A stretch of 63,319 nucleotides of DNA, filler included, from Basidiobolus ranarum (taxonomy: Eukaryota), in NCBI GenBank assembly GCA_040143965.1. It is 11 parts of 11 records of this genome, joined end to end, with 100 filler letters (N's around TTAATTAATTAA, not from the genome) between each part and the next. Parts side by side here need not be neighbours in the genome. Positions count along the whole stretch, not along the records: positions 34,679 to 40,339 come from JASJQH010008407.1; positions 40,440 to 46,096 come from JASJQH010008408.1; positions 46,197 to 51,843 come from JASJQH010008409.1; 8 more parts are not named here. One strand, 5' to 3'. The position numbers and the translations under genes are program-made. Each line of letters begins with the position of its first letter. Within the stretch, counting starts at the first letter, position 1. Below, one piece after another: positions 36,815-49,614 of the stretch. The notes beneath the pieces are model-generated. The model worked only from the letters and a program-made list of their open reading frames with translations. It made no database searches and had not been told where the DNA came from.

Positions 36815-38620
36815 CTGCTGGTATATCAATATGCATAACGGATATCACTATCAGAATCTGAAAAGTGAAGGTTACTTTGAGAACACATATTATCATGCAT
36901 TTGCATTGGCTCTGGATGGTTTCTCACTATAAGATATACTGTTGCAAAGGCTTGCTGGCAAATAATTTTAATCAACTTTAATCTTCCTCCTTCTGAATGG
37001 TATGAGAGTCATTATATTTTGATACTGTCCTCCATATTTGGACATCAATCACCTGTGCTTATAGGTAGCTTCTTAGTTCCTTTGATTTCAGAAATCGAAA
37101 TGTTATCAAATGGGGTTCAGATGTGTGAATATTTTTTTAAAGCTAATATCATTGTATGTATTGGTGAAAATTTTGCCATCAGTGCACTTGGAGGTTACAG
37201 GGGGCACAATGCAGTATCATGCTGTATATTCTGTTAGACAAATTGAGTTTCCTATACCAGACATATGCATTACTACTGTCAAAATACAACTTCAAACTCC
37301 ATGACTTAAGCATCAAGAGCCCAGTCAGGTTTCAACATGCTCAATGATATCAATTCACCAAATAGCTAGTCCAGCATGAAACTTGGGATTAGCTATAATC
37401 TATGATAATTTGGCTAAAGGGAATCAGCTGGAGCCTTACCTCCCCAATAGGCACAGTACACTTACTATTCAACAATACTCCACTACTACTTACTCAGCTG
37501 TATAATGGAATATTATATCTGAACAAACCATTTGAGATAGCAATTAAGTGTAAATCAATTGGGAACAAGCTTGAAAACATCAAGATACCATCATAATTTG
37601 CCAGTACTCACATCAAATCCACTCATGTAGGCATGTATTCAAATGGAAATACCAGTAGTACCAGACTTGCATATATTCAAGTGGAATCTGGAAAAAATTT
37701 CAGCTTAATTAGTATTGGCAACATTTGGACTTGTTTGTGGATATTATTAATTTGTTCTTACAGCAGCCACTCACATTGGCAGATCTCAGGTATATATAGC
37801 AGCTATACCAAGATGTTGTAAATGAATATGAGAATCTATATGTGGGCATGAAGAAGACAGACTGAATATATGCCAGTATTTGATGTATTCCCTATCACAT
37901 ATTGGACAATGCTTACAGACTATAGGCCTTTCCTATAAATTCTGGGAGTTTGTATTGGAGTATACCTGCAGTGAAATCATGTTCCATGTGAAATCATCAG
38001 TATCATCAAATGTTAATCTGATTCACAATGTATCAGCCAAATCAGTGATGGATGTAATGAAATGGGTTAAGGAGACTCCAGACTTTGATAAACTTCCAAT
38101 AAAAAATTCTGTTCAATGTGCTCATGGGTTTTTGTGATGTTTGAGCACAATAACAGCAACAAAACCCAATATGTGGACACAGAGTGAGCACCTCCATAAT
38201 TTGGACTACCTTGTTTGTGTGATCAAATGATGGCATTTTTAGGAAAGCTGTAAGATGGGCTTCTTGCTATAAAGACTGAGATATAGAGTATTGTTGTTTT
38301 GGCCATGGCATGATCTATTCAAGCAATGACATATTGACTTGTAGTTTGACATTGGTTAACAGCAAGTTGGAGATATTTTGACTGAGTTCTTTATGGGTAC
38401 TTTTCAAAATCAAGAGCCTATTCTTATTGTCAATGGTGACAAGAGTCAGCTGTTAGGCAAGTGTCAGTGCTGCTCTAAATTTCAGATGTTTTGCAATTTT
38501 TTCACCATTAATTTGCTGGTAACATTAACAAAAATAAAGGTAACATAATATTGATGGCTTACATTCTGCCAGGGATTTTTATGGTGTGATGGTGGCTTTT
38601 TGACAGTATCTTGATGGTAT
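36815..38620 (+). mobile_element. CACTA/EnSpm-like degenerate transposase, copy B
   Basis: DGYHYQNLK-like start; LALDGFS; NLPPSEW; SFLVPLISEIEMLSNGV; IGENFAISALGGYRGHNAVSCCIFC; WEFVLEYTCSEI. Confidence 0.85.
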
Positions 38621-39980
38621 TCATACATGTTAAAATATTGATCCTTATATTGAGCATGCATTGCTTAATTTCCAACAATTTTTGCAAAAATATAATTTTT
38701 GAATTGCAAATTACTGGGTTTACTGCTGTAGCAATTTGAACTAATATGCAAGCCTTTAATTAGATACTTTTGGCTATGTTTTCCAGCCATAATTAGAATC
38801 AAAAGATATAAGAATTGTATTGTGTTTAGTTTCTACATATATCACATACTGGACTGATCCAATGTAACTCAACAACATCAATATGCTTCACCAGCAAACT
38901 AATTGTAGAAAAATTGCACACCATCTGAAATTTTGAGTAGCACAGACACTTGGCAAATAGCCAACTCTTGTTACCATACACAATGTGAGTAAACCCTTGG
39001 ATTGTGGCAAATTTCCATAAAGAATTCAGCCAACATATCCCCAACTTGCAGTTAACAAATGTCCTGCCAAAAGTAGTTGTGTCATTGGTTATATATATTA
39101 CCCAGTGGCTAAAACAACAACACTGCATATCTTGACCTATCTTACCAAGAAGTGTGTCTTGCAGCTTTCCTAGAAATACCATCAGATAATCACACACACA
39201 AATTGGTCCAAATTATAGAGGTACTTGCTCTGTGTCCATGGTTTTAGCTTTGTTGCTGTTATTGCGCTCAAAAAATGCAAAAACCCATGAGCACATAGAA
39301 AAGATCCCTTTGTTGGCAGGTTAATATACTCTGGAGTCTCCTTAACCCATTGCATTATATCCATCACTGATTTTGCTGATATATTGCTAATTAGATGGGC
39401 ATCAGGTAATACTGACAATTTCACATGGAGCATCATTTCACCACAGGTGCACTCCATTGGGAACTCCCAGGATGTATAGCAAGGGCCTATAATCTCTAAG
39501 CATTGTAAAAGATGCAGCAGGGAATGTATTGAATACCAACATAGATTCAGTCTATCTTCTTGAAAACTGTAACAAAGCTTTTACTATCCAATTACAAGAT
39601 CTTTGCACAGTTGCTGAATCTACCTCAGATCTGCCAATGTGAGTTGATGTTGTAAGAATATATTAACAATCTCCACAAACAACTCTCATTGTTGCCAATA
39701 CTTATCAGGCAGAAATCTTTTTAAGATCTCACTTGAATATATTTAAATCCAATATTTACAGTTTTTGCATTTGAATTAATGCCTATATGAGTGGATATTG
39801 ATGGGAGTCCTGGTAAAATGTGATGGTATTGTGATGTTTTCCAGCATTTTCCCAATTGATTCAAACTGTGATTCTATCTCAAATGGGTCATTCATATTAA
39901 ATTTTCCACTATATAGCTGAGTATGAAGTATTGGAATGTTGTTAAATAGTAAGTGCACAGTGCCTAATGGGAAGCTCTGC
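38620..39980 (-). mobile_element. CACTA/EnSpm-like degenerate transposase, copy C (3' half, inverted)
   Basis: HLLFNNIPIL and WEFPMECTCGEMMLHVK; collinear with 59090-60450. Confidence 0.85.
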
Positions 39981-39981
39981 C

Positions 39982-40339
39982 CTAACAGAAATTTGAGGAA
40001 TGTTATTGTAGGAAAACCATCCCAAATTTAATCCATTTGGGATTGAACATTTACTTACCGTCATAAAATTGTCAAGTTACGTTTCATCTTAATCAATTTT
40101 TTCAGTTTCTGAAGTGAAATTTCAAGATCTTGCAAAAAAGTTGCACATGATTGGGTACAATCTCAGAGAACTATGGATCAACACATGTGCAAAAAATATA
40201 ACTCAAATGTTTCATAATTACCAATTGAATGCTAATTTGTCACCATAGAAATCCCTTGCCTCTTTGACATATTCTGCTCAATATTTTTATAGAGTTCTTC
40301 ATAACCAAGGTTTACCTCATACACAACACAAGTTTGTAG
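39982..40339 (+). repeat. Unclassified repeat (same family as 36030-36430), truncated by the contig end
   Basis: Starts CTAACAGAAATTTGAGG exactly where transposase homology stops. Confidence 0.65.
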
Positions 40340-40439
40340 NNNNNNNNNNNNNNNNNNNNNNNNNNNNNNNNNNNNNNNNNNNNTTAATTAATTAANNNNN
40401 NNNNNNNNNNNNNNNNNNNNNNNNNNNNNNNNNNNNNNN

Positions 40440-41028
40440 TGTTATGGTAGAGAGTAGGTTTGCTAGGCAGCTAGGCTTGGTGTTCTGTAGGTGCTAGTGG
40501 ATACTAGGCTTGGATAGAAATGAGAGAGGAATATTGAATTTGTTGAGAAATACTGAGAAGTGTTGTGAACCCATATTCATTGAGACACACACTAAACCAA
40601 AAGGTTTAGTTAGCTTTATTTATACTTTATGATAGCAAAGTGAATTAGTCAGCCCCAAGATATTAGATGACTAATTCTGATAGAAGAAAATGTGATTGGA
40701 TAGATAGATAGATAGATAAGTGAGTCATGCATCAGCTGAAGTCTTGGCAGTGAAAGATCATTGGTTATGAATCTTGTGACTTAAATTGACTTATGTCTAG
40801 GCGTATGACTAAGAGGTAAATACTGATTCAATAATGATCATGTGATTGGTCATATGATCTGATAGAGAGGATAAGCAAATAGATAGTTAGTCAGGTGATA
40901 GGTCACATGATAAAGTCACTGGATAAGGTCAGGTGATTAGTTAGTGATAATGATAAACTAAACAGATATTCATGCAAGTTATATAGATATGACATAAGTT
41001 AAACAACTTTGTATGTTGGTGCACAACA
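40440..41028 (-). repeat. LTR-like element (family 4, about 590 bp) containing (GATA)5 at 40699-40718
   Basis: Near-inverted termini TGTTATG...CACAACA; ends exactly where homology to family 5 begins. Confidence 0.55.
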
Positions 41029-41365
41029 CAGGGTGAAACATAATATACTGAATAGGAAATATACTGTGGCAAGTTCAAGTGTTGGGGTGTTGGGGACTAC
41101 AAGGACCAATACAAATAGGGATGATGTAAGGATGATCAGGTGATCTTCCATGGAAGGTCTTGGTAGAAATACACTATGTGTGGGATGACATGATTGGTTA
41201 GGTTTCATGGAATGTTCCAAAGAACATGACTTCCTTATAAGGTAACCTGGATGAACAAACACAACATTGCCAAGAAGGGATGGCACAGCAGATATGATGT
41301 CATAATCTAATAATGGAAGAGTTCTATTTGCAGTGGATCAGTATGCCAAGATCAGAATCATGACA
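41029..41365 (-). repeat. LTR-like element (family 5), partial
   Basis: Ends CATGACA (TGTCATG on the minus strand); near-identical in reverse complement to 57688-58001. Confidence 0.7.
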
Positions 41366-41558
41366 ATATGTGCAAATTTTTGATCCTTACCATGTTTGTT
41401 ATGTGAGCATTAACAGTCCAAGCTTAGCTACTTTCCAGGTGTATAATCTTTAAGGTAACCTAGTGATGATGGCTTATAATTAGATACCTCCTATTCTTGT
41501 TTACTGGGTAGATTCCTCAAATTAGATGATGTTAAGAAATCACAAGGGTAATGGTAAC

Positions 41559-41906
41559 TGTTGGAGAATTTTAGGAGTTTACTGCAAGTGGTTTGGAGAA
41601 CTAGAAGAATTGATGGTTTTCACCTATTGATGTATTGGGTAGAAAGTTGATATTTATAGTTTTATCAAGACACAAGCAAACAAATATCTAAGAGGTATTA
41701 AGAAAGGTTTCAGCTACATTTGTGCCAAGCTTGGGGCTTCTAGCACAAGCTTGAAATATCTATATATATGAGAACTACTAAATTTGTAAAAATATTCCAA
41801 GTAGTTCCAATTGAGAATAGTGAGTATTATCTTAGTGAAATATGAAATACCTAAATAGCAAACTATTTATGACTATATAGATGTTTAGGCTATGCTGATT
41901 TCACCA
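41559..41906 (-). repeat. Solo LTR, family 3, degenerate TSD GTAAC/GTGAT
   Basis: TGTTGG...TCACCA; aligns with the other family 3 copies. Confidence 0.82.
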
Positions 41907-42827
41907 GTGATAGTGTTATTTGCCTATATACCCTAAGTTGTAATTGAGGCTTGACACTTTACTTTATTACTACAGTAAGTGCCATATTGTTCCCTCCTGG
42001 TGGTATTCAAAATTTGATTACGATTCATCAGATATATTGGAATAAGGTTGTTCAACCTCATATAAAGCTCTCCACACTTTAACCCCAACTTCCAGAATGC
42101 TATTAAAACATATTCATGTCCTTTTTTCTTTCATTTCCAACACAAATATAAATATTTATATATAATTCACTACAACGAGTGCAAATCACATATTTCTTCT
42201 GATTATCCTAAACACTTCCAATTTATCCCGAAGACTCACAACACAAGGAAAGAAAGCTTGAGACAAATATCAACTGTGCTTTTTATGAATCATATCAGCA
42301 ACCTGGAGAGGTTGACATGAATGGCTATTCATCATTACTGATTACTATAAGTCTTCTTAGGATAGAGATATACTTTGATTTATAAACCGATTTATTTGTA
42401 ATGGGTGTGTTAAAAGGTATTGAAGTAAAGCAAACAATCACTTATGAGAGTTTCATAAGTTCTGTAATTTTGCTTGTTGGGGTACAATATCACTAACTGT
42501 TGGAAATTGTAGTCGCGGTTGTTGATAAGTTAAGAATTACAAGAACATATGCGATGTTTATGTCATGGAGAATTGTTGGAAAATTCAGATGCTTAATATC
42601 ATTATAACCATTCCATTTAACCAAGTATCCCCTGCATTAAAGCTGCCATAAAGTGCATAAATGATTATAACTCCAACATTAGAGGTTGAAGCAGTAATGT
42701 AGCCCTCCTCAATCCAATCTACAAAGGAGTTACATATCCGAAATCAATGAGATTCTAATTGGTATATATTCATCTCTACCCCCGCCAGAAATATCATCAA
42801 ACTTGGCGCTGACACATTCCATTTATC

Positions 42828-43538
42828 ATGGTGAACATGGGACTTTGGGCTTTGTGGACCACTTCTCTAGCTTTCTTTTCGAGCTGCGTTCATGGTCGCT
42901 TGAATGGAATCGATGTCAGCGAGTACCAACTCACTGTAGACTGGCCGGGTGTGGCAAGTCGAGGAAATAAGTTTGTGTATATCAAAGCAACCGAAGGAAC
43001 AACTATTCTAAATACCTACTTTTCCCATCAGTATACCGGGGCTTCTACTAGTGGACTAATTCGAGGTGCTTACCATTTCGCCCAACCCGCTTCTAGCTCT
43101 GGCGCTGCCCAAGCTAGATATTTTTTAGCTCATGGTGGAGGTTGGAGTGCGGATGGAAGAACTCTGCCAGGAGCGGTCGATTTAGAGCCCAATCCTAATG
43201 GTCCGGAATGCTACGGTTTAACTCAGGCTGCTATGGTGGCTTGGATACATGATTTTAGCAACACTTGTCACGCTGCGACCAGTCATTACCCCGTTATATA
43301 TACCACTACCAGTTGGTAGACTCAATGCACTGGAAACTCGGCTGCATTTGCTGCAAATAGTCCACTCTGGATCGCCCGCTATGCGCCATCTCCAGGCGCT
43401 TTACCTGCTGGCTGGAGTTCATATAGTTTCTGGCAATACAGTGACACAGGTAATCCGGGAGATGCCGATATCTGGAATGGAGATGCTGCTGGTCTAGAGA
43501 GATTCGCAACGGGTGGTGGCATATTCATCAAGTTGTAG
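42828..43538 (+). pseudogene. GH25 muramidase (Chalaropsis-type lysozyme), intronless, with an in-frame TAG at 43317-43319
   Basis: Signal peptide; GIDVSEYQ; FVYIKATEGT; IRGAYHFA; GGGWSADGRTLPGAVDLE. The same frame continues past the stop: YTTTSW*TQCTGNS..LWIARY..LPAGWSSYSFWQY..PGDADIWNG, to TAG at 43536-43538. Confidence 0.93.
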
Positions 43539-45303
43539 CAAGTATGTAGTATTGACTATAGTAACCAACATTAGCAGTTGTTCCTTGTAATGATCAATTC
43601 CTATATACCTGATAAAGCGCTTCAAATTGTTAGCAATATTCCGACTTCTCTTCAGTATTTTTTTACTTGTGTGTTCAGTCTCACTCTAATCACTTTTTTA
43701 GAGCACAGCATTGACGGATATAGGATGAGAAGCTGATTTACTATATTTACTTATCCACGGGTTAGCCGATATACCTTAAGCTTTATGTTTAGCCGGATTT
43801 ACGGGATACATGTGACGATCCCTATGTAGATCAAATATGTTGTGATTGTCAGAGTGTATCAACTTATTCAATAGTACGCGAGTGGCGGTAGTGGATTTCA
43901 AAGTGATAAAGTTATGACTTCTGTCTAGTGTTTCTGACTATCAAAGCAACTCCGTGATATATCAATCATAGTCTATTTTCACTGACATTATATATATATA
44001 TTATATAGACAAATAAGTACACTATCTACTTGAAGCGGAAAAATCAAGGAGATGTTGTAGTTATGAATGTATTGATTTAATGTGTCATAAAAGTAACTAC
44101 TACATTCCAACCACTTCCTATTGATTAGTTCACTAAATTCAAACAATAGTCTTGGGGGGGGGGAGTGTTCCAAAGGTGGCTTAGCAATCTATCCAACAAT
44201 ATATTAACGAAGCAATGGAAATTAACCACAGACACTATTATAACGATGTATATTGAAAATTGGTACTACCATGGATTATCCATCTCAGTCAAGATTTTCC
44301 TTTGCCAACAAAGTACACAGATTCTTCACATAGTAAGAAGATTGAGAATTACTTCTTTCGAAGGTACGAAACCTAATAGTTTGTTCGCCACCATTAGTGA
44401 AAGAAATTCTAATTAGGAATATCATTGTTTGGTTAAGTGTAAACATGTTTTACCTTTTACATCTACCTACGATATAGTACCGTTGGATGAAGAGTTATTT
44501 GAATGAGTATTCTGTATGCTACAATGAACAAGGCCAGATGAGTCTCGTAGTTGTTATTATATAGCATTGTTAACTATTTATTAAGTATCAGTCACTGCTG
44601 AGCTCTGTTGACAAACTTTAATGCATGATAGAATATGGGAAATATTCTGTTTTACTGACAATCATAATCACTCTAAATTCATGATATGTAATCTTTTTAT
44701 AATCAGGCCTTTGATTGCCTATAAGGTTCTTATTACTCCAGAGGACAATGTACTAATAAGAACAAAGAGAATTCATGCTAACCTACTTTGACTCAAAATC
44801 AAAACCTTTCTGGGTGTAGGTATTCCAACCTATTGGACATGTACTAATACCCAAGTAAGAACCTCCAAATCACATATCAATGCTTTTGACAACCTCATAT
44901 ATCAGGTCATAAGTATATCAGGGATTTTAGAGGCAGCTCCATTTATAGAAGCCCTTTTCTAATAAATTTTCCCAGAGCAGTACTGAATAATTTTGTGTTT
45001 CAGCCATTTGTGATATAACAAAAAAAGTTGGGTAAAGTTACAGACCAATTACCAAAAATAGTGCTGTACAAACAATGGTCAGGTCTATTTCGATGTAATA
45101 GCAATAAAGGTGTACATCCTAACCTTGCTATGTTAGCATCTTGAGCACTTTCAGGTGATGGAAGGAAGGTACTTTATGATTCTATGCGCAATGAATAGGA
45201 TATATGAATCGGGAAATACACCCTTCTAGCCCTGAGTTATACACAGAATACGGACACATTAATGACGAAACATCCTAAACATTCAATCATATCTCTATGT
45301 TGA

Positions 45304-45780
45304 ATTCTTGAGCATCTTAATCCTAAGAATATTACCCGCAAGGAACTGATCAAGCACCAAGATACCTTGCCATAGACCTCTCAAAACGTTGGCTACTTTA
45401 CTGACACCACTTTCATTCCTGAGTTTGGGTTCGACTTCGCTAATAGAAAGGTTACTCTTTTAGGAGACGGTAACGCGTTAGTAGCATGGCCTAGTCGCTA
45501 CGACGTTGGGGAATTTGTGACGGCGATCCTCCGTAATCCAGAGACTCATAATGAAGAAATTACCGTCTCGGCAGATATCAAGAGTCTCAATGAGATTATC
45601 AGGGATATTGAAAAAACTCACAAGATAAAGCTCTTGGTAAAGCGTTACATAACTGAGGAAGCGATTGCATTATGTAATAACACTGAGTTCGATGACCCCT
45701 ACACTGTAGTATTTGAAGAATGTAAGATGTTGTTGTGCAGCAGTTATTTGGTTTCAGAAATCAAAGATTTCCTCAGATAG
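45304..45780 (+). pseudogene. NmrA/isoflavone-reductase-like oxidoreductase, C-terminal relic
   Basis: PKNITRKELIKHQDTLP*TSQNVGYFTD...FGFDFANRKVTLLGDGNALVAWPSRYDVGEFVTAILRNP...SLNEIIRDIEK. I found no N-terminal Rossmann motif upstream. Confidence 0.7.
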
Positions 45781-48700
45781 AACCTTCCTCAGTTCATGAT
45801 TTCATCGAAAGTATATCCATTTAATAATTATTTAGTATTATCGAAGCAGTATATGAAATAAATTGTTCTCTTCTGCTACTGGCACAATTAGATTACTGGC
45901 ACAATTAGATGGAATAATAGTCCATTTACTGGCGTAAAAATTTAGGATTAGGGTTAGACACTACGGATCTTCTTACATAATAATGTAAAGTGTATCTCGT
46001 TCAAAGTACTCCCGTAGATAAACAGATCCTTATCTGCAGGTTCAAAAAGCCCAGATAAGAATTTGAGTAATGTGTAGACAATCTGCAAACCCTACCNNNN
46101 NNNNNNNNNNNNNNNNNNNNNNNNNNNNNNNNNNNNNNNNTTAATTAATTAANNNNNNNNNNNNNNNNNNNNNNNNNNNNNNNNNNNNNNNNNNNNTATT
46201 ATATAATGCAAATATTTAACTTTGGGACGTAAGGTCTTAATAGGCAAGAGTGATTAAGGCAAAAGCTTTTTTGGGGGGGGGGGAGGAAGAGGAGGAGAGG
46301 GGGGTGTAATGAAAGTATAGTCTCTCATTTCTATTGAGGTGATCCACTGTGGCCCCTCAGGGTATTTCATACGATTTGCAACTTTAGTGGTCTCAGATTC
46401 AGAATCCATGTATGCCCTACCTTGTAACGGCTAGCATCTGTTTGAGTGCTCCTCAGACATCTCAACGCAGTAGAGTGCACCATGTGCTCCTAGTAGCTTG
46501 TCACATCGAATACCTCCAAGCATCTGCCATAGAGAAAATTGAGTCGATGCGTGCGTGCGAACGGATCCAACTGAGATAATTGTTGGAATTTGGAACACGC
46601 ATTTACTATTAGCCAGGTGTTCTTGGAACCATGCTGGTGGTCAACCCACCACTCACATATTTCTATGGAACTGAAGCAAATGAATTGACTTATTCAATTG
46701 CAATATGCGCAAAGTAAATGCCGGCTCTCATTGTATTGCTAGATCTGTCAATCTTTCACCTTAAGCCTAATCCGGAAGGGTTCATGACTATACATATTGG
46801 GTTCATTCCAAACCTCATTTCTGTGCACAATGTGAAATTCATTTGTTGAGCTCAGTGCCCTGCACATATGTACGATAGATGCGACGTAACTGACAAGAGT
46901 TTAGATAGAAAAGGCTATAGAATTGTTTGTATGCAAATTAATGTACTGCATGAAGTTGATGGACAGACTGACCATGTAACACCCCGCATGGGGTAGCAAG
47001 TGAAACCGTTTACAAAGAGAACTTCAAAAGCAAGTATTCTGAGAAAGTTTAAGGATTCAAGAAACATGGATTTATTTCAGACGGGCACATCAGGTCACCT
47101 GCAATCGGTTTAGAGTTAAAGAACAGAACAATATATTTGATACATGCAGAGTCTGACTGTTGGTAATAATTGTTTTGCCCTCAAAAGGGAATAGGGATGA
47201 GGAAGCGGTTCTCCTCGTTAAGTTGTCAAGTCGCCCAGAAAAATTAATAGATGCCAATCAAATTTTTATGAACTCATCGCTTCATTTTAATGACATATCA
47301 CATCCGCATGGAACACAAACGCAGTTACATGGTAGAGTTGGAGCAGTAATTAATTTCGTACCACCTCATGTCCGCCAGAGCCTTGAATGTCTCTTCGTAG
47401 TGCTTCAGGGGAAGGAGGGCTTGTCTGGATGATTGCTCAGCAGGACATTGCATCGAATCTTGTTGCTTAGCCTTTTTCGTACCTAACGATGACCTGGACG
47501 GTGCCACAGCTCCCTTTACCCATCTTCAAGCCGTTGTTTACTAAATTCATATATTGGTAATTCATCCTCAGCGATTGCTCTAAATTGGGTGCAGTCAACT
47601 CGGCTCATGATGTCAGACTCTATTCTCTTTGTAACCCTTTGTTGGCAAATTCAAAAGATATTATTTATCTCAGTGCATAGTAAGATGAGTATTTTATAGG
47701 GCTGGTTATTCATTATTCCAATTGTGCGGATCTAACTTTGTCAGGCATTTAGTTTTATCTGTTTACTCATCCATAAATCACCTGATCCCCTGCGAGTATG
47801 ACACCTAGTACGAGTTCATATCCGCGTTAGGGTTAAGCTGCCACGACATTATTAATCACGAATAGAACAGCTTACCGCGAATCTTGTATTATCGGGTGGT
47901 TACTGGTGCCATGCATCCGTGTTGCCATCAGCCTTGAGCCGAACGAAGTTTCTTTTAGGGACTAAGACAAATGATCTACAGGTCATTTAATTCCGCCTAG
48001 ACACATAGGATTCGGTCATTACCTGGAGGAATGCTCTCGGTTAGTTAAAATAAAGTATGAAGTTATCCCTTGCATTCTATTTACATAGTTTGGCGGTTGC
48101 TAGGGCGCTTTGTGATAGTACAGAGAAAGCTATGATTGGTATATATTCGAGAATATCCTGATTTATGGTATCATTAGTGCAAGGTAAGATATTCCTTATC
48201 CAATTCAAGAGGTAATTCTCGAAGGGCCAAATGGCCATATGAAAATTTTTGAGATTCTCGCCCCAAGCACGAACTTATAGACTGCAGTGTAAAATACGAC
48301 ATATTAACTATTGCAAAAACTCTAACTGTAGATATAGGGTTAGAACAGTCTCTGAATACACTATATGAGCATGAAAGTAATACAGTGAAGGTACTACTTG
48401 TCAATGTAACCAAGCTCAATACACTGATTTTTCTGTTTGGATTCTGTTCAGAAAGGTGAGATTTAAAGTAATATGTAAATGTAGTATGATATTCCCAAGG
48501 CAGACTTGATCTAGTTTGTGTAGGATCAAGTAATTTTGGATTAGTCTTTTAATACAGATGTAAATTCATTGTTGAAGGGTAATCCTCAACAATATTTTGC
48601 ATTGCAAGACGTCATTATCCGCTTCTAGTAGTACTCAATTTATGGACTTGTAGCTTGGCTGTGTGTTCTAGAACTATATACTCAAGTTATATCTTTGTAT

Positions 48701-49293
48701 AGTATCAGATGGAGCATATCTGGTCAAAATTGGATAGTAATACTGTTTGTAGCATATCCATGCATATACATACCTACATCCTCAACTACTCTCTTTCAAG
48801 CATCACATGTAAAGCAAGAATTCCATAACTGCATCGTGTAATCTGTGGAGTTGGATTAAATTTACTTGAGAATGACTCATTTTACTTCCCCAGCTTGGAG
48901 TTAAGCACCATTATTTATTCTTTAATTTCCTTAACAAGTACAAGCATGCTGTTGTAAAACTTCGATTAAGCATCTCTCAAACTCACCGTGATATCAGCTT
49001 TTCATAAACTGCAAAGTCACAGTACAAATGTAATTCAAACTGGATTGGAAAAAGTACTCGCGAGTTTCCACATGTTCAAAAACTTTAGAAAGCTAGATAT
49101 ATTTGCGAGTTACATTGTTACCAGCGATGATGCATGGTAGTGTAGCTACAATAAGCCAGTGTCATTGCAAAAGCATCAATATCAGGTTCACCATTTTACT
49201 GGGTGTAGAATTCTCATTTGTGGCACGATTGAAATACTCTCCTAGTATGACAACGTTGAGAAGAAATCTACTGTCTCTTGTGCACTTGCTGAA

Positions 49294-49614
49294 CACTGGA
49301 GAATTTTGGGAGTTTGTTGGAAGTGGTTTGGAGAGCTAGAAGAATTGATGATTTTCACTTATTGAGTAGAAAGTTGACATTTATAGTTTTGTCACGATGT
49401 AGACAAACACACCTTTGAATGCGTTAAGGATAGTCCCAGGAACATGTGCGCAAAGTTTGGGGCTTCTAGCACAAGTTTGAAAAATCCATATATTTGAGAA
49501 CTTCAAAGTAAATTCCTCTTGAGAATAATGGGTAACATCTTAGTTCAATATAAGATAACTAAATACTAAACTATATATGACCATATAGGTGTTTAGGCAA
49601 TGCTAATTTCAACA
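49294..49614 (-). repeat. Solo LTR, family 3, plus a partial duplicate at about 49759-49874
   Basis: Aligns with 41559-41906; the last ~115 bp are repeated downstream. Confidence 0.82.

Noticed and set aside
40999..41286. Conserved small ORF shared with 57741-57941 as a protein-coding gene
   Set aside because: The similarity is explained by a shared LTR-like repeat; the frames diverge after an indel and there is no protein motif.
43317..43319. Stop-codon reassignment as the explanation for the in-frame TAG/TAA codons
   Set aside because: The implied residues differ (Trp vs Leu), each is a single-base change, TAG and TAA end other genes normally (3461-3463, 20541-20543), and long ORFs otherwise lack internal stops.
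45941..45958. Telomere-like TTAGG/TTAGGG sequence near a contig end
   Set aside because: Only about three imperfect units, internal to the contig; compatible with chance.
47160..47620. Short ORFs with faint transposase- or integrase-like words (RVDCTQF, ELWHRPGH)
   Set aside because: The motifs are isolated, with no supporting neighbours in the expected spacing.
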